A stretch of 64,000 nucleotides of DNA, taken from assembly GCA_938085445.1 (NCBI GenBank), contig CALKGR010000001.1:1-64000 (forward strand). The letters run 5' to 3'. The DNA is from an uncultured Rubripirellula sp. Its GTDB lineage: Bacteria > Planctomycetota > Planctomycetia > Pirellulales > Pirellulaceae. Shown piece by piece: positions 27,151 to 36,954 of the stretch; within the stretch, counting starts at the first letter, position 1, and the number at the start of each line of letters is the position of its first letter. A program made the translations under genes and the position numbers. The notes below the pieces were generated by a model. That model saw only the letters and a list, made by a program, of their open reading frames with translations, had not been told where the DNA came from and did not search any database.

Positions 27151-27593
27151 GCCGAGGAAGCCCTCAAGATCGCTGTTTTTACGGCTTTTTTCACTGTCAT
27201 CAGGGCTCTTCCTAGCTCTAAATGTGGCTTTTCGGTGCCGCTCGCGGAACGTCCCTCGGCCCAGGATCGACTCCGAACGATATTGTTTGCGCGTTTTTTA
27301 ACGGTTTTTCTTCCAAATTGACGCTCACAAAGACGATCTCGCGTTCCGAGGCCGTGCTATCAACCTGACCGCACCGACTTATACGCAAACGTCGCCCCAT
27401 CACCACAAATAAAAGGACGTGGTTCGTTCGCAAAACGAACAAAACTTGGGGTTGTTGGGAGATTTTACAACCGCTCTGACCGTGGTTTCTTGTTTCATGG
27501 TGTCGATTTAAGACGCAAAAGGCTTTAGCCTGTGTCCCAGCGGGTGATCATTCCCGTAATTCAACTCAACCCACAGCTGCTAGTGAGTGGACC

Positions 27594-29408
27594 ATGCCTA
27601 CCCCACGTCTCGCACTTCTTTTGCTGGCTCTTGCCTGGCTTCCCATTGGATCTCTCGCGGCTCAAACCGACGAGCCAACCACCTCGGATCAACCTGTCGC
27701 CAGCGAACCAGCCAGCCAGGCTAATTCTGCGGCTAACGCTTCTCAGCCGAGTTCCGAACAGGAATCGCCAACATCTGAATCCTCATCAGAGGCAGTGGTA
27801 ACAGCAGAAGAAGTAGAGGCAAGCGTTGCAGCAAGAATCGACGAAGCGTTCGGAAACTGGATTGTAAATCCGTTTGCTACCGTTCTGTTTTTTGACTTTT
27901 ACACTGGCCCGCGAACGAAAGAAGTTACTGACGAATTTGGCAACACGGTGCTGGATCAAGCCACCGGAGCTCCTCTGAAAGAGATAACCCGGCGAGGTTG
28001 GCTGCGCACCGAGGCCAATCCAGATGGAATCAGCATTCCATTCGTTGTCGTTTGGTTACTAGCGGGCGCGGTCTTTTTGACGCTCCGAATGGGCTTCATC
28101 AATATTCGTGCCTTCAAACATGCGATTGACCTGACCCGAGGCCTGTATGACAAGCCAGATGAAACGGGTGAGGTTTCTCACTTTCAGGCTTTATCGGCTG
28201 CCCTCTCAGCCACCGTCGGTCTCGGAAACATTGCCGGTGTTGCAATCGCAATCGGAACAGGTGGTCCCGGAGCCTGCCTATGGATAATCGCAATTGGACT
28301 TCTAGGAATGTCTGCCAAGTTTGCCGAATGCACACTCGGACAGCTCTACCGTACGAAGGACGAGGACGGACACGTTCTGGGCGGACCGATGCGTTACCTG
28401 CAAGTCGGTTTAACAGACCTCAACATGGCTCCCTTAGGAAAATTCCTGGCAATTCTTTTCATGCTGCTCTGTGTCGGAGCCAGCTTTGGCGGCGGCAATG
28501 CGTTTCAGATTGGGCAGTCACTTGAAGCCATCCGTGGTGACGTCCCGATCCTACAAGATTTTCCCGTCATCTACGGCGTACTTATGGCAGCTTTGGTCGG
28601 TGTTGTGATCGTCGGAGGAATGCGAAGCATTGGTGCAGTGGCGAGTAAGATCGTTCCGTTCATGTGTGGAGCCTACGTTCTTGCTGCTTTATTCATCTTG
28701 GTGAACAACATCGCGGGCATACCTGCTGCGATCAGCCTGATTTGGACAGAAGCCTTCAAGCCTGACGCGATATACGGTGGCTTCCTCGGCGTGCTTGTCA
28801 TCGGTGTTAAACGTGCCGTATTCAGTAATGAGGCCGGCGTGGGCTCGGCCGCTATCGCCCACTCTGCAGCCAAGACAGATGAACCAGTCAGCGAAGGAAT
28901 CGTTGCCCTACTCGAACCATTCATTGATACAGTGGTGGTTTGCACTATCACTGCGTTGGTCGTGATCGTCACCGGCGCGTACAACGCACCAGAAATGGCC
29001 GACGCGATTGCAGCAAACCAAGGTGCAAAAGTCACTCTGTTTGCGTTCACCACAGGTGGTTATGACTGGTTTCGTTACATTCTCTATTGTGCCGTTGTGC
29101 TGTTTGCCTATTCCACCTGCATCAGCTGGTCTTATTACGGCGAACGTTGCTGGGTTCAACTTTTTGGGGCGAGGCTGTCAATCGTCTACAAAATCCTGTT
29201 CCTTGGCTTCACAGTGCTGGGTTCAATCGTCACCGCAGGTAATATTCTCGACTTCAGCGATTTGATGATCCTTGGGATGAGCTTCCCCAACTTGCTGGGA
29301 GTGTTCTTACTGAGCGGCGTCGTCAAGCGGGAATTGAACAAGTACTGGGCAAAATACAAAGCCGGTGAACTGGATATTGCAGAAGACGCGAGTGCAGGAG
29401 AAGCTTAA
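27594..29408 (+). CDS. Alanine/glycine:cation symporter (AGCS) with N-terminal extension
   Basis: SHFQALSAALSATVGLGNIAGVA, GGPGA, KFAECTLG, GGPM, FSNEAGVGSA, EPFIDT, WSYYGE. Confidence 0.95.
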   Translation: MPTPRLALLLLALAWLPIGSLAAQTDEPTTSDQPVASEPASQANSAANASQPSSEQESPTSESSSEAVVTAEEVEASVAARIDEAFGNWIVNPFATVLFFDFYTGPRTKEVTDEFGNTVLDQATGAPLKEITRRGWLRTEANPDGISIPFVVVWLLAGAVFLTLRMGFINIRAFKHAIDLTRGLYDKPDETGEVSHFQALSAALSATVGLGNIAGVAIAIGTGGPGACLWIIAIGLLGMSAKFAECTLGQLYRTKDEDGHVLGGPMRYLQVGLTDLNMAPLGKFLAILFMLLCVGASFGGGNAFQIGQSLEAIRGDVPILQDFPVIYGVLMAALVGVVIVGGMRSIGAVASKIVPFMCGAYVLAALFILVNNIAGIPAAISLIWTEAFKPDAIYGGFLGVLVIGVKRAVFSNEAGVGSAAIAHSAAKTDEPVSEGIVALLEPFIDTVVVCTITALVVIVTGAYNAPEMADAIAANQGAKVTLFAFTTGGYDWFRYILYCAVVLFAYSTCISWSYYGERCWVQLFGARLSIVYKILFLGFTVLGSIVTAGNILDFSDLMILGMSFPNLLGVFLLSGVVKRELNKYWAKYKAGELDIAEDASAGEA

Positions 29409-29448
29409 CCCCTGTCCCGCAGACTCATCCTTTTCTGAAACCACCTGT

Positions 29449-30726
29449 ATGACTCGCGTTTGCATCATTAATGCTGTCGGCTTGACACCCGAACTACTGA
29501 AACACGCTCCGCGCATTTCAGCAATTGGCGAGTCACAGCCAATGCGAGCGCCGCTACCTGCTGTAACATGCACATCACAGGCCACACTACTGACAGGTCT
29601 ATCTCCAGCCCAACATGGGATTGTGGGCAATGGCTGGTACTACCGTGACACGCAGGAAATCCGCTTCTGGCAACAAGCCAACTCACTGCTGTCGGGTGAA
29701 AAATTCTATGAAGGAATTGAAACCGCCAAAATGTTTTGGTGGTTCAATCAGTCGGCACCTGTGAAATACAGCGCGACCCCAAAGCCTCATTACGGATGCG
29801 ACGGTTCGAAAGTATTTGACATCCTCGATCACACCGGGTGCGATCTGGTCCGGCATCTCGGACCGTTTCCATTTTTCTCGTTTTGGGGTCCCAACGCGGG
29901 ACTTCCCAGTAGTGAATGGATTGCCGACGCCACCGCAATCGTGATGCGAAAAAATCGTCCCAAACTGACGATGGCCTACCTGCCGCATCTTGATTACGAC
30001 TTCCAACGATTGCCAGATCATGACCCTCAACGGGTTGCCGAGTTGGATCAGTGTGCTGGCAGAATCATCGACGCCGCAAACGAGATTGATGCACAAGCCA
30101 TCATTGTTTCCGAATATGGATTAGTGCCGGTCCAGCGGCCTGTTCACCTGAATCGCTACCTGCGCGAAATGGGCTGGTTGACTGTCCGCCCCGGTCCCTT
30201 TGGTGAAATGATGATGCCCGGTGAATCGGATGCTTTTGCAGTCGCCGACCACCAACTTGCACACGTCTATGTGCGCAATACTGACATGATCGATGACGTC
30301 GCCAAGGCACTGCTGTCTGTTCCCGGCGTTGCCCGCGTTGGCCGCCCCGTCGAATTTGAACTTGATCACCCCCGCAGCGGTGAACTGATTGTGCTTTCGG
30401 AACCGGAGGCCTGGTTCACGTACTATTATTGGATTGACGATTCTGTAGCACCTGATTTTTCTCGCACCGTCGATATCCATCGCAAACCTGGCTACGACCC
30501 TTGCGAACTGTTCATGACCAGCAAAGTCAGAGCCATGTCGCGTCTGGCGCAGAAGAAGATTGGAATGCGTTACAAGATGGATGTCATTCCTTTGGATGCC
30601 CAGCTGGTACGTGGAAGCCATGGCCTGCACACCCAACCTGAAAAGGGACCTTTGGTTGTGGGACCCGGCGAACTGCCGGATGACATGCGGAATTTCAAGG
30701 CTTATGTTCAAAGCTTGTTGGCTTGA
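29449..30726 (+). CDS. Alkaline phosphatase / nucleotide pyrophosphatase family protein (EboF-like)
   Basis: INAVGLT, PAVTC (Thr nucleophile), HGIVGNGWY, YLPHLDY, SEYG, DHQLAH, DIHRKPGYDPCELF, GSHG. Confidence 0.85.
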   Translation: MTRVCIINAVGLTPELLKHAPRISAIGESQPMRAPLPAVTCTSQATLLTGLSPAQHGIVGNGWYYRDTQEIRFWQQANSLLSGEKFYEGIETAKMFWWFNQSAPVKYSATPKPHYGCDGSKVFDILDHTGCDLVRHLGPFPFFSFWGPNAGLPSSEWIADATAIVMRKNRPKLTMAYLPHLDYDFQRLPDHDPQRVAELDQCAGRIIDAANEIDAQAIIVSEYGLVPVQRPVHLNRYLREMGWLTVRPGPFGEMMMPGESDAFAVADHQLAHVYVRNTDMIDDVAKALLSVPGVARVGRPVEFELDHPRSGELIVLSEPEAWFTYYYWIDDSVAPDFSRTVDIHRKPGYDPCELFMTSKVRAMSRLAQKKIGMRYKMDVIPLDAQLVRGSHGLHTQPEKGPLVVGPGELPDDMRNFKAYVQSLLA

Positions 30727-30788
30727 ACGCAGCGAGTAAAGTCCGTGAGGCAGCCGTGAGGGACTCTCCCGACTTGGGATCAATCTGC

Positions 30789-31829
30789 CTAGGTAGCCAA
30801 TTCTGTCGAAGCCGCATCGACTGGTTCTGAACCAGGAAAATAATCACGAACTACGCTGTAAAACTCAGCAGAGCCCGAAACTTTTGCCACATGCGTCCGA
30901 AAGAACCTCGCTCCACGTTTCCCCTGCGCATAACAGCAGGCGTACTTGCGCATCAGAATAGTCCCCTTCTCTTCCCCAAAACGATCAACCACCAGACGGT
31001 AATGATTCAGCATCACATCCCGCTGTTCATCTAAAGTTGGCTCAGGTGGAATAGCATCACCCCGCAAGGCGGCGGCAGCCTGAGCAAATAACCAGGGCCT
31101 GCCCAAACAGGCTCGGGCGATCATCACCCCATCCACATCGTAATTCTCGAAGGCTGCTACAACCTTCTCCGCAGAGTCAAGATCACCGTTTCCGATCAGT
31201 GGTATGCGTCGCAAGTGCTGCTTGATCTCACTGATCCGGTCCCAATCTGCATTGCCACGAAACATATCACGAGCTGTTCTCCCGTGGACCGTCAATGCTG
31301 CTGCGCCCGCCTCTTCAACGACCTTGGCGACCTCGTTGCAATTCACAGAATCGCGTGAGCAACCGAGTCGAATTTTCGCAGTCACCGGTGTCGGTGAGCA
31401 AGCTTCTACGAGTCGGCTAATGATCTGGAACATTCGCTGAGGCTCGCGTAGAAGATAACTGCCGCTGTGCGCTTTTTCCGTCACCTGTTTGACCGGACAA
31501 CCAAAATTGATATCGACCACGCTAACCTGATATTCCTCCGTCAGTCGGCGTCCCACTTTAGCCATCGTATCTGGGTCGTTATCCCAAATTTGAACCGCTA
31601 ATGGCCTAGGCTCCTCGGCAACTCCCCACAAACGGTCTGGATGTTCGGCAACGTGTTCGTCCATCCAGACAAAGCCCCGAGCATTGACCATTTCGGTGGC
31701 CAACAGACCAACCCCACCAAACTGGCGAACCACCTCTCTGAAAGCGGCGTTCGTGAAACCTGCCATCGGCGCTTGCAGAACAGGAGGATCGATTACCAGA
31801 TCACCAATATGCAGGGGCGGCACAAGCAT
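30789..31829 (-). CDS. dusB: tRNA-dihydrouridine synthase
   Basis: QAPMAG, DINFGCP, VTAKIRLG, TVHGRT, GNGD, DGVMIARACLGRPW. Confidence 0.92.
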   Translation of the reverse strand: MLVPPLHIGDLVIDPPVLQAPMAGFTNAAFREVVRQFGGVGLLATEMVNARGFVWMDEHVAEHPDRLWGVAEEPRPLAVQIWDNDPDTMAKVGRRLTEEYQVSVVDINFGCPVKQVTEKAHSGSYLLREPQRMFQIISRLVEACSPTPVTAKIRLGCSRDSVNCNEVAKVVEEAGAAALTVHGRTARDMFRGNADWDRISEIKQHLRRIPLIGNGDLDSAEKVVAAFENYDVDGVMIARACLGRPWLFAQAAAALRGDAIPPEPTLDEQRDVMLNHYRLVVDRFGEEKGTILMRKYACCYAQGKRGARFFRTHVAKVSGSAEFYSVVRDYFPGSEPVDAASTELAT

Positions 31830-32069
31830 TCGAACTCAGTTAGAAAACGGCAGTGTGAAAACAAAAAATAAAGAAAGGTTAAGTTGAACCAGCTCCAGCC
31901 AATTCCAACACAGATCGCAAGCCATTTTTGCCCGACGAACCGCTAATGTTAACAGCATCCTGTAGAAATACAGCTTAATTCCAACCAGCTCAACTTTTGA
32001 AACCCACTGGGCGGCTGTTCCCTGCTCTCAAAACACAATCGATCTTCGCGATTATGCTCAACCAGGGTG

Positions 32070-33851
32070 TCACATATCCCCACTTAGTTCCATCCATTTC
32101 TCTTCGCACAGATTCAGCTCCTCCGAGATTTCGGTAAGTTGCTGATGCAGGCGAACAGCCTCCTCTGGGTCCGTTTCCGAGAGCAATTTTTCGTTGATTC
32201 CCCGCTTTTCATCATCCAGCCGCGCGATCTTCTTTTCAAGATTTTTCAGTTCTTTTTCAGCACGCCGCTGATCTCGCTGAGCTTTGCGGTAATCTCCCAC
32301 GCCTCCCTTAGCAACGGGGCCACCCGACGCACCTTTGACTTTCCCCGTACGTTCCCGTTCTCCATCATCAATCTCTTTTTCAACTGACTCCAGATACGTC
32401 TGATAATTGCCGAAATAATTCTTCACACTCCCATCACGCACCTCGATCACGCTGGTGGCTACTCGCTGCATGAAGTGCCTATCGTGACTCGTGAATACGA
32501 CCGTGCCCTTGTACAACTCCAATGCTTCGGCCAACGCTTCAACAGTTTCCACATCGAGGTGGTTTCCGGGTTCGTCAAGCACGAGCACATTAGCGGTTCC
32601 CAGCAACAAGCCAGCCATGCACAGCCGCGCCCGTTCTCCCCCACTGAGCACCTTGATTTTCTTTTGGATATGCTCATCACGAAATAACAGAGCCCCTGCC
32701 ATCGCCAACAGATCCTGTCGCGTCGTATCGCTATCAGAAGAATACTCAAGTTGTTCAAGCACAGTCAGACGTTCATCGAGACTGCTGTAAACGTGTTGGG
32801 CGTAGGTTCCTATTTCAACTCCATAGCCCCACTTCATTTGGCCACCCAACGCATCGAGCGAATGAACAAGAGTTCGCAAAAGCGTAGTCTTACCCTGCCC
32901 ATTGTCACCCACAATCGCCGCCCGCTCACCGTGCTCAATTTCGAGCGTAATCTGATCAGCTACCACATGGTTTGGATACCCGATCGACATCCCATCGCAT
33001 CGCACAGCGGTACCCTGCCTCGGGTTCACGCGAGGTGCCCGGATATGTACCGTTGGCTCATCAACCTCAAGTTCCGTCGTCTGAAGTTTCTCCAGTTGCT
33101 TTGCTTTACTCCTCGCCTGACTGGCTGTTGATGCATTGGCGCGATTCTTCTCAATGAACTTTTGAAGTTGTTTTTGCTTGGCGATGACAGTCGCATTCAC
33201 CCGCCGATCGTGCTCCCGTCGCTCTTCACGATATTCAAGGAATGGATCAATTTTACCAGGGTACATTGTCAGCTTGCCGCGAGACAATTCCAGCGTTTGC
33301 GAACAGGTGGCAGCAAGGAACGAGCGATCATGGCTGACGATCAGGGCCGCTTTGTTAAAGTCCCTGAGGAAATGTTCCAATAGGATTTGCGTTCGCAGAT
33401 CGAGAAAGTTGGTTGGCTCATCAAGCATCAACAAGTTGGGGTCCTTGAGCAGCAATGCCGCCAATTTGACACGGGTCTGCCAACCACCGGAAAGTGATTT
33501 CACCGGCCCCTCCAAATAGGCCCCCTTTAACTCAAATTGCCCAGCCACCTCCCCACATCGCCAATCCGGCTCATTGCTGTCCCTCATCAGGAAATCAAGT
33601 GCAGATTCGCCCGGCTGAAACGGGTCATGTTGCCTCAGGTAACCAATGCGGAGCGACGGATGATGGACAACGTCACCTTTTTCTAGCTCTTCTTCGCCCA
33701 ACAGGACCTTAAGCAAGGTCGATTTTCCAGCCCCATTTCGTCCGATGAAGCCCACTTTGACATCATCCACCAGCGATAACTCGGCATCGTCCAGCACGAG
33801 CTGGTCAGCGAACCTTTTTTGTGCGTCACGAACTTGAATCAATACGGCCAT
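32070..33851 (-). CDS. ABC-F family ATP-binding protein (Uup/YheS-like)
   Basis: Two NBDs (GRNGAGKS, LSGGW, LDEPTN; GDNGQGKT, LSGGE, LDEPGN), no TM segments, C-terminal coiled coil; start placed at MAVLIQ. Confidence 0.93.
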   Translation of the reverse strand: MAVLIQVRDAQKRFADQLVLDDAELSLVDDVKVGFIGRNGAGKSTLLKVLLGEEELEKGDVVHHPSLRIGYLRQHDPFQPGESALDFLMRDSNEPDWRCGEVAGQFELKGAYLEGPVKSLSGGWQTRVKLAALLLKDPNLLMLDEPTNFLDLRTQILLEHFLRDFNKAALIVSHDRSFLAATCSQTLELSRGKLTMYPGKIDPFLEYREERREHDRRVNATVIAKQKQLQKFIEKNRANASTASQARSKAKQLEKLQTTELEVDEPTVHIRAPRVNPRQGTAVRCDGMSIGYPNHVVADQITLEIEHGERAAIVGDNGQGKTTLLRTLVHSLDALGGQMKWGYGVEIGTYAQHVYSSLDERLTVLEQLEYSSDSDTTRQDLLAMAGALLFRDEHIQKKIKVLSGGERARLCMAGLLLGTANVLVLDEPGNHLDVETVEALAEALELYKGTVVFTSHDRHFMQRVATSVIEVRDGSVKNYFGNYQTYLESVEKEIDDGERERTGKVKGASGGPVAKGGVGDYRKAQRDQRRAEKELKNLEKKIARLDDEKRGINEKLLSETDPEEAVRLHQQLTEISEELNLCEEKWMELSGDM

Positions 33852-34159
33852 CGAATCCATCAACCGGAAGTCGGAAAAGAAAAATGCCACTCTCTGGCAG
33901 GCCTCAAACTTACCACCCGTGGCGGAGACCAGAAATGCCACAACACAAACAGTTTTCGGGTAAATCTGCTAACGAAAGTTCCACTGAGCCGCTACCACAC
34001 CCGATGGTAATTCTTTAAATTGCATGCAGCTCAGGTGAACCCCAGCCCGTCACGGGGGTTCAAACCATTACCAACCGCATCTGATCCTTGAGCAGATCGT
34101 CCCCCGATCGATGATCTAGCTGCACGAATCGGCCCACTTTCATTGGCCCTGCCGTCACC

Positions 34160-36946
34160 ATGAAAAGCTACAGCTTGGACTACATCGATGATTTGTACGT
34201 CCAGTACGTTCGCGATCCCACCAGCGTTTCAGAAAACTGGCGAAAGTATTTTGAACAGTTTCTCGTTGGAAGTGGCAGCACCAGCAAAAACAGGCCATCG
34301 GCCGAGGGAGCCGGTAGTACCAAAACCAGTGGTAATGACAAAGGCGAGGGCTCCACGAACGACTCCGCCGCGCAAGCTCTGTGGCTCGCCCGAATTCAGG
34401 ATCGAGTTAACAACCTGGTGCGTGAATACCGCGTTCGGGGTCACTTGGTAGCCAATCTGGACCCATTGGGTTTCGACAGGCCAGATAGTCCCGAATTGAA
34501 TCCGAACGTCTACGGACTAAATCAGGAAGATCTGATTCGTCCCTTCAACGGCGTCTCCGTCGAGACAGAACTCGGTGGCACAATTGATGCCATCCTGACC
34601 CGCTTACGAAATACCTATTGCCGGAGCATTGGTGCACAATTCATGCACATCGACCGGCGCAATATCCGTGATTGGCTGCAACGCCGCATGGAAACCACCG
34701 AAAATCGGCTTGAATTGTCGCACGATGTACAAAGGCGAATTTACGCCAGACTCGCAGACGCGACCATCTTCGAAGAATTCGTGCGTCGTAAGTTTGTCGG
34801 TGCCAAAACGTTCTCGCTCGAGGGCGCAGAGACCCTGATCCCAATGCTCGACCTCGCCTTGGAAAAAGCGTCACAGCACAATGTGAAGGAAGTTGTGATG
34901 GGCATGGCCCATCGTGGCCGCCTCAACGTGATGGCTAACATCCTCAAGAAACGGGCCATGAACATATTCTGGTCCTTTGACGATCCCAATCCGGAAATGA
35001 ACCGCGGTGGCGGCGATGTCCGTTACCACCTGGGCTACAGCAGCGATTGGACTACGGCCTCAGGGGATAATCTTCATATCTCACTGTGTTTCAACCCAAG
35101 CCATCTCGAATTCGTCAATACAGTTGCTCAAGGTCGAACCCGGTGCAAACAGGATCGCCGCCGTGATGAGCAAAGACAGGAGGTAATGACCATCCTGATC
35201 CATGGCGACGCAGCGTTTGCAGGCGAGGGAGTGGTGCAGGAAACCCTCAACCTCAGCGAACTACAAGGTTACAAGACGGGTGGCACGCTGCACATTGTGA
35301 TCAATAATCAGGTTGGTTTCACCACTGAGCCGGACGAGGGACGCAGCACAACCTACGCCACCGACATCGCAAAAATGCTTCAGATCCCCATTTTTCACGT
35401 TAATGGTGAAGATCCTGAAGCAGTTGCCCAAGTGGTTTCATTGGCAATGGATTTTAGAAAGGAATTTCAGCGGGATGTCGTGATCGACCTCTACGCATTC
35501 CGCAGATGGGGACACAACGAAGGGGATGAACCTCGTTTCACCCAACCTCGCATGTACGCTGAAATCGATCGCCGAGCCAGTGTGCGAGAACAGTACCTGA
35601 ACCGACTCCTTGAACTGGGAAAAATCAGTTCCGAAGAAGCAGAAGAAATTCAGCAAGAAAGAACGGAAAAGCTGGAGTCGGAATTTGCAGCTAGTAAGAA
35701 TGAACCCTTTGTCCCAGACACTCAAACCCTTGCGGCCAACTGGAGTGACTACTTCGGAGGCCCGGAACCGGCGGAAGATACCCCTACGGGCTACGACACA
35801 GGAAAGCTTTCCAAACTACTGGATTCGTTGACACGACTTCCGGAAAATTTTTCTGCAAACAAGAAACTCAAACGCCCCATGACACAACGGAGGGAGATGG
35901 CCGAGGGCAAACATCCCCTCGACTGGGCGAGTGCCGAGGCAGCAGCCTTTGCCTCCCTACTTACTGACGGCCATCCAATTCGGATGACAGGTCAAGACTG
36001 CCAACGCGGTACGTTCAGCCAACGGCACGCTGTGCTACATGACACAAAGGATGGAAGCACCTACACACCGCTGGCCAATCTTAGCACTGATCAAGCCAGA
36101 CTTGAGCTTTACAACAGTCCACTAAGCGAGGCTGGTGTTCTCGGTTTTGAATATGGATACTCATTGGATAGCCCCGATGGCTTGGTTGTCTGGGAAGCCC
36201 AGTTCGGTGATTTCTGGAATTGCGCCCAAGTGATAGTCGATCAATTCATCGCCAGTGCAGAAGATAAATGGAATCGGCTCAGCGGTTTGGTGATGTTGCT
36301 TCCGCACGGTTTTGAAGGCCAAGGGCCAGAACACTGCAGTGCCCGTGTTGAACGATTTCTGGCTATGGCGGCAGAGCACAACATTCAGGTCTGTCAGCCG
36401 ACCACACCCGCTCAGTATTTCCACCTGCTGCGTCGCCAAGTCATCCGCAAATGGAAAAAACCACTGGTGGTATTATCACCCAAAAGTCTGCTCCGACATC
36501 CCCGCGTGATCAGTCGATTGTCAGATTTGACCGAGGGCACGTTCCGAAAAGTCTTGCCGGATGAAGATGTGTCCCTCGAGCATGCCGATCGTTTGATCCT
36601 GTGTACCGGAAAGGTCTACTATGACCTGATCGAGGCTCGCGAGGAAAAGAAACTGAGCAATGTCGCGATCATGAGAATCGAACAACTCTACCCGCTCAGC
36701 GTAAAAGAACTGCTGGCATCAGTAAATGGATTTTCAGCAGGCAAGCCCGTTTACTGGGTTCAGGAAGAGCCGACCAACATGGGCGCTTGGCCGTACATTA
36801 AGCAAACCTTCAGCGACGACTTATCAGAGAAATATAACCTTAAGCGTGTAAGCCGCGTTGAATCGGCCAGTCCCAGCACTGGCAGCATGGCGGCACACAA
36901 ACTGGAACAGGCTGAACTGATCGACGAGGCCTTGGCAGACCTCTAG
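34160..36946 (+). CDS. sucA: 2-oxoglutarate dehydrogenase E1 component
   Basis: FSLEGAE, GMAHRGRLNV, NPSHLE, IHGDAAFAGEG, GHNEGDEP, RGTFSQRH, WEAQFGDF, LPHGFEGQGPEH. Confidence 0.97.
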   Translation: MKSYSLDYIDDLYVQYVRDPTSVSENWRKYFEQFLVGSGSTSKNRPSAEGAGSTKTSGNDKGEGSTNDSAAQALWLARIQDRVNNLVREYRVRGHLVANLDPLGFDRPDSPELNPNVYGLNQEDLIRPFNGVSVETELGGTIDAILTRLRNTYCRSIGAQFMHIDRRNIRDWLQRRMETTENRLELSHDVQRRIYARLADATIFEEFVRRKFVGAKTFSLEGAETLIPMLDLALEKASQHNVKEVVMGMAHRGRLNVMANILKKRAMNIFWSFDDPNPEMNRGGGDVRYHLGYSSDWTTASGDNLHISLCFNPSHLEFVNTVAQGRTRCKQDRRRDEQRQEVMTILIHGDAAFAGEGVVQETLNLSELQGYKTGGTLHIVINNQVGFTTEPDEGRSTTYATDIAKMLQIPIFHVNGEDPEAVAQVVSLAMDFRKEFQRDVVIDLYAFRRWGHNEGDEPRFTQPRMYAEIDRRASVREQYLNRLLELGKISSEEAEEIQQERTEKLESEFAASKNEPFVPDTQTLAANWSDYFGGPEPAEDTPTGYDTGKLSKLLDSLTRLPENFSANKKLKRPMTQRREMAEGKHPLDWASAEAAAFASLLTDGHPIRMTGQDCQRGTFSQRHAVLHDTKDGSTYTPLANLSTDQARLELYNSPLSEAGVLGFEYGYSLDSPDGLVVWEAQFGDFWNCAQVIVDQFIASAEDKWNRLSGLVMLLPHGFEGQGPEHCSARVERFLAMAAEHNIQVCQPTTPAQYFHLLRRQVIRKWKKPLVVLSPKSLLRHPRVISRLSDLTEGTFRKVLPDEDVSLEHADRLILCTGKVYYDLIEAREEKKLSNVAIMRIEQLYPLSVKELLASVNGFSAGKPVYWVQEEPTNMGAWPYIKQTFSDDLSEKYNLKRVSRVESASPSTGSMAAHKLEQAELIDEALADL

Positions 36947-36954
36947 AGCCCGTT

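Noticed and set aside
26999..27301. 100-aa ORF
   Set aside because: Runs through the tRNA-Phe gene; spurious.
27200..27593. Glycine riboswitch upstream of the AGCS transporter (AAAAGGAC and GGAGA present)
   Set aside because: No CCGAAG or CTCTCAGG/CTCAGG elements in the required order.
27050..27600. tRNA-Phe as a genomic island integration site
   Set aside because: No integrase and no duplicated tRNA 3' end seen; flanking genes look like core genes.
30121..30783. 220-aa minus-strand ORF
   Set aside because: Antisense shadow of the well-supported EboF-like gene.
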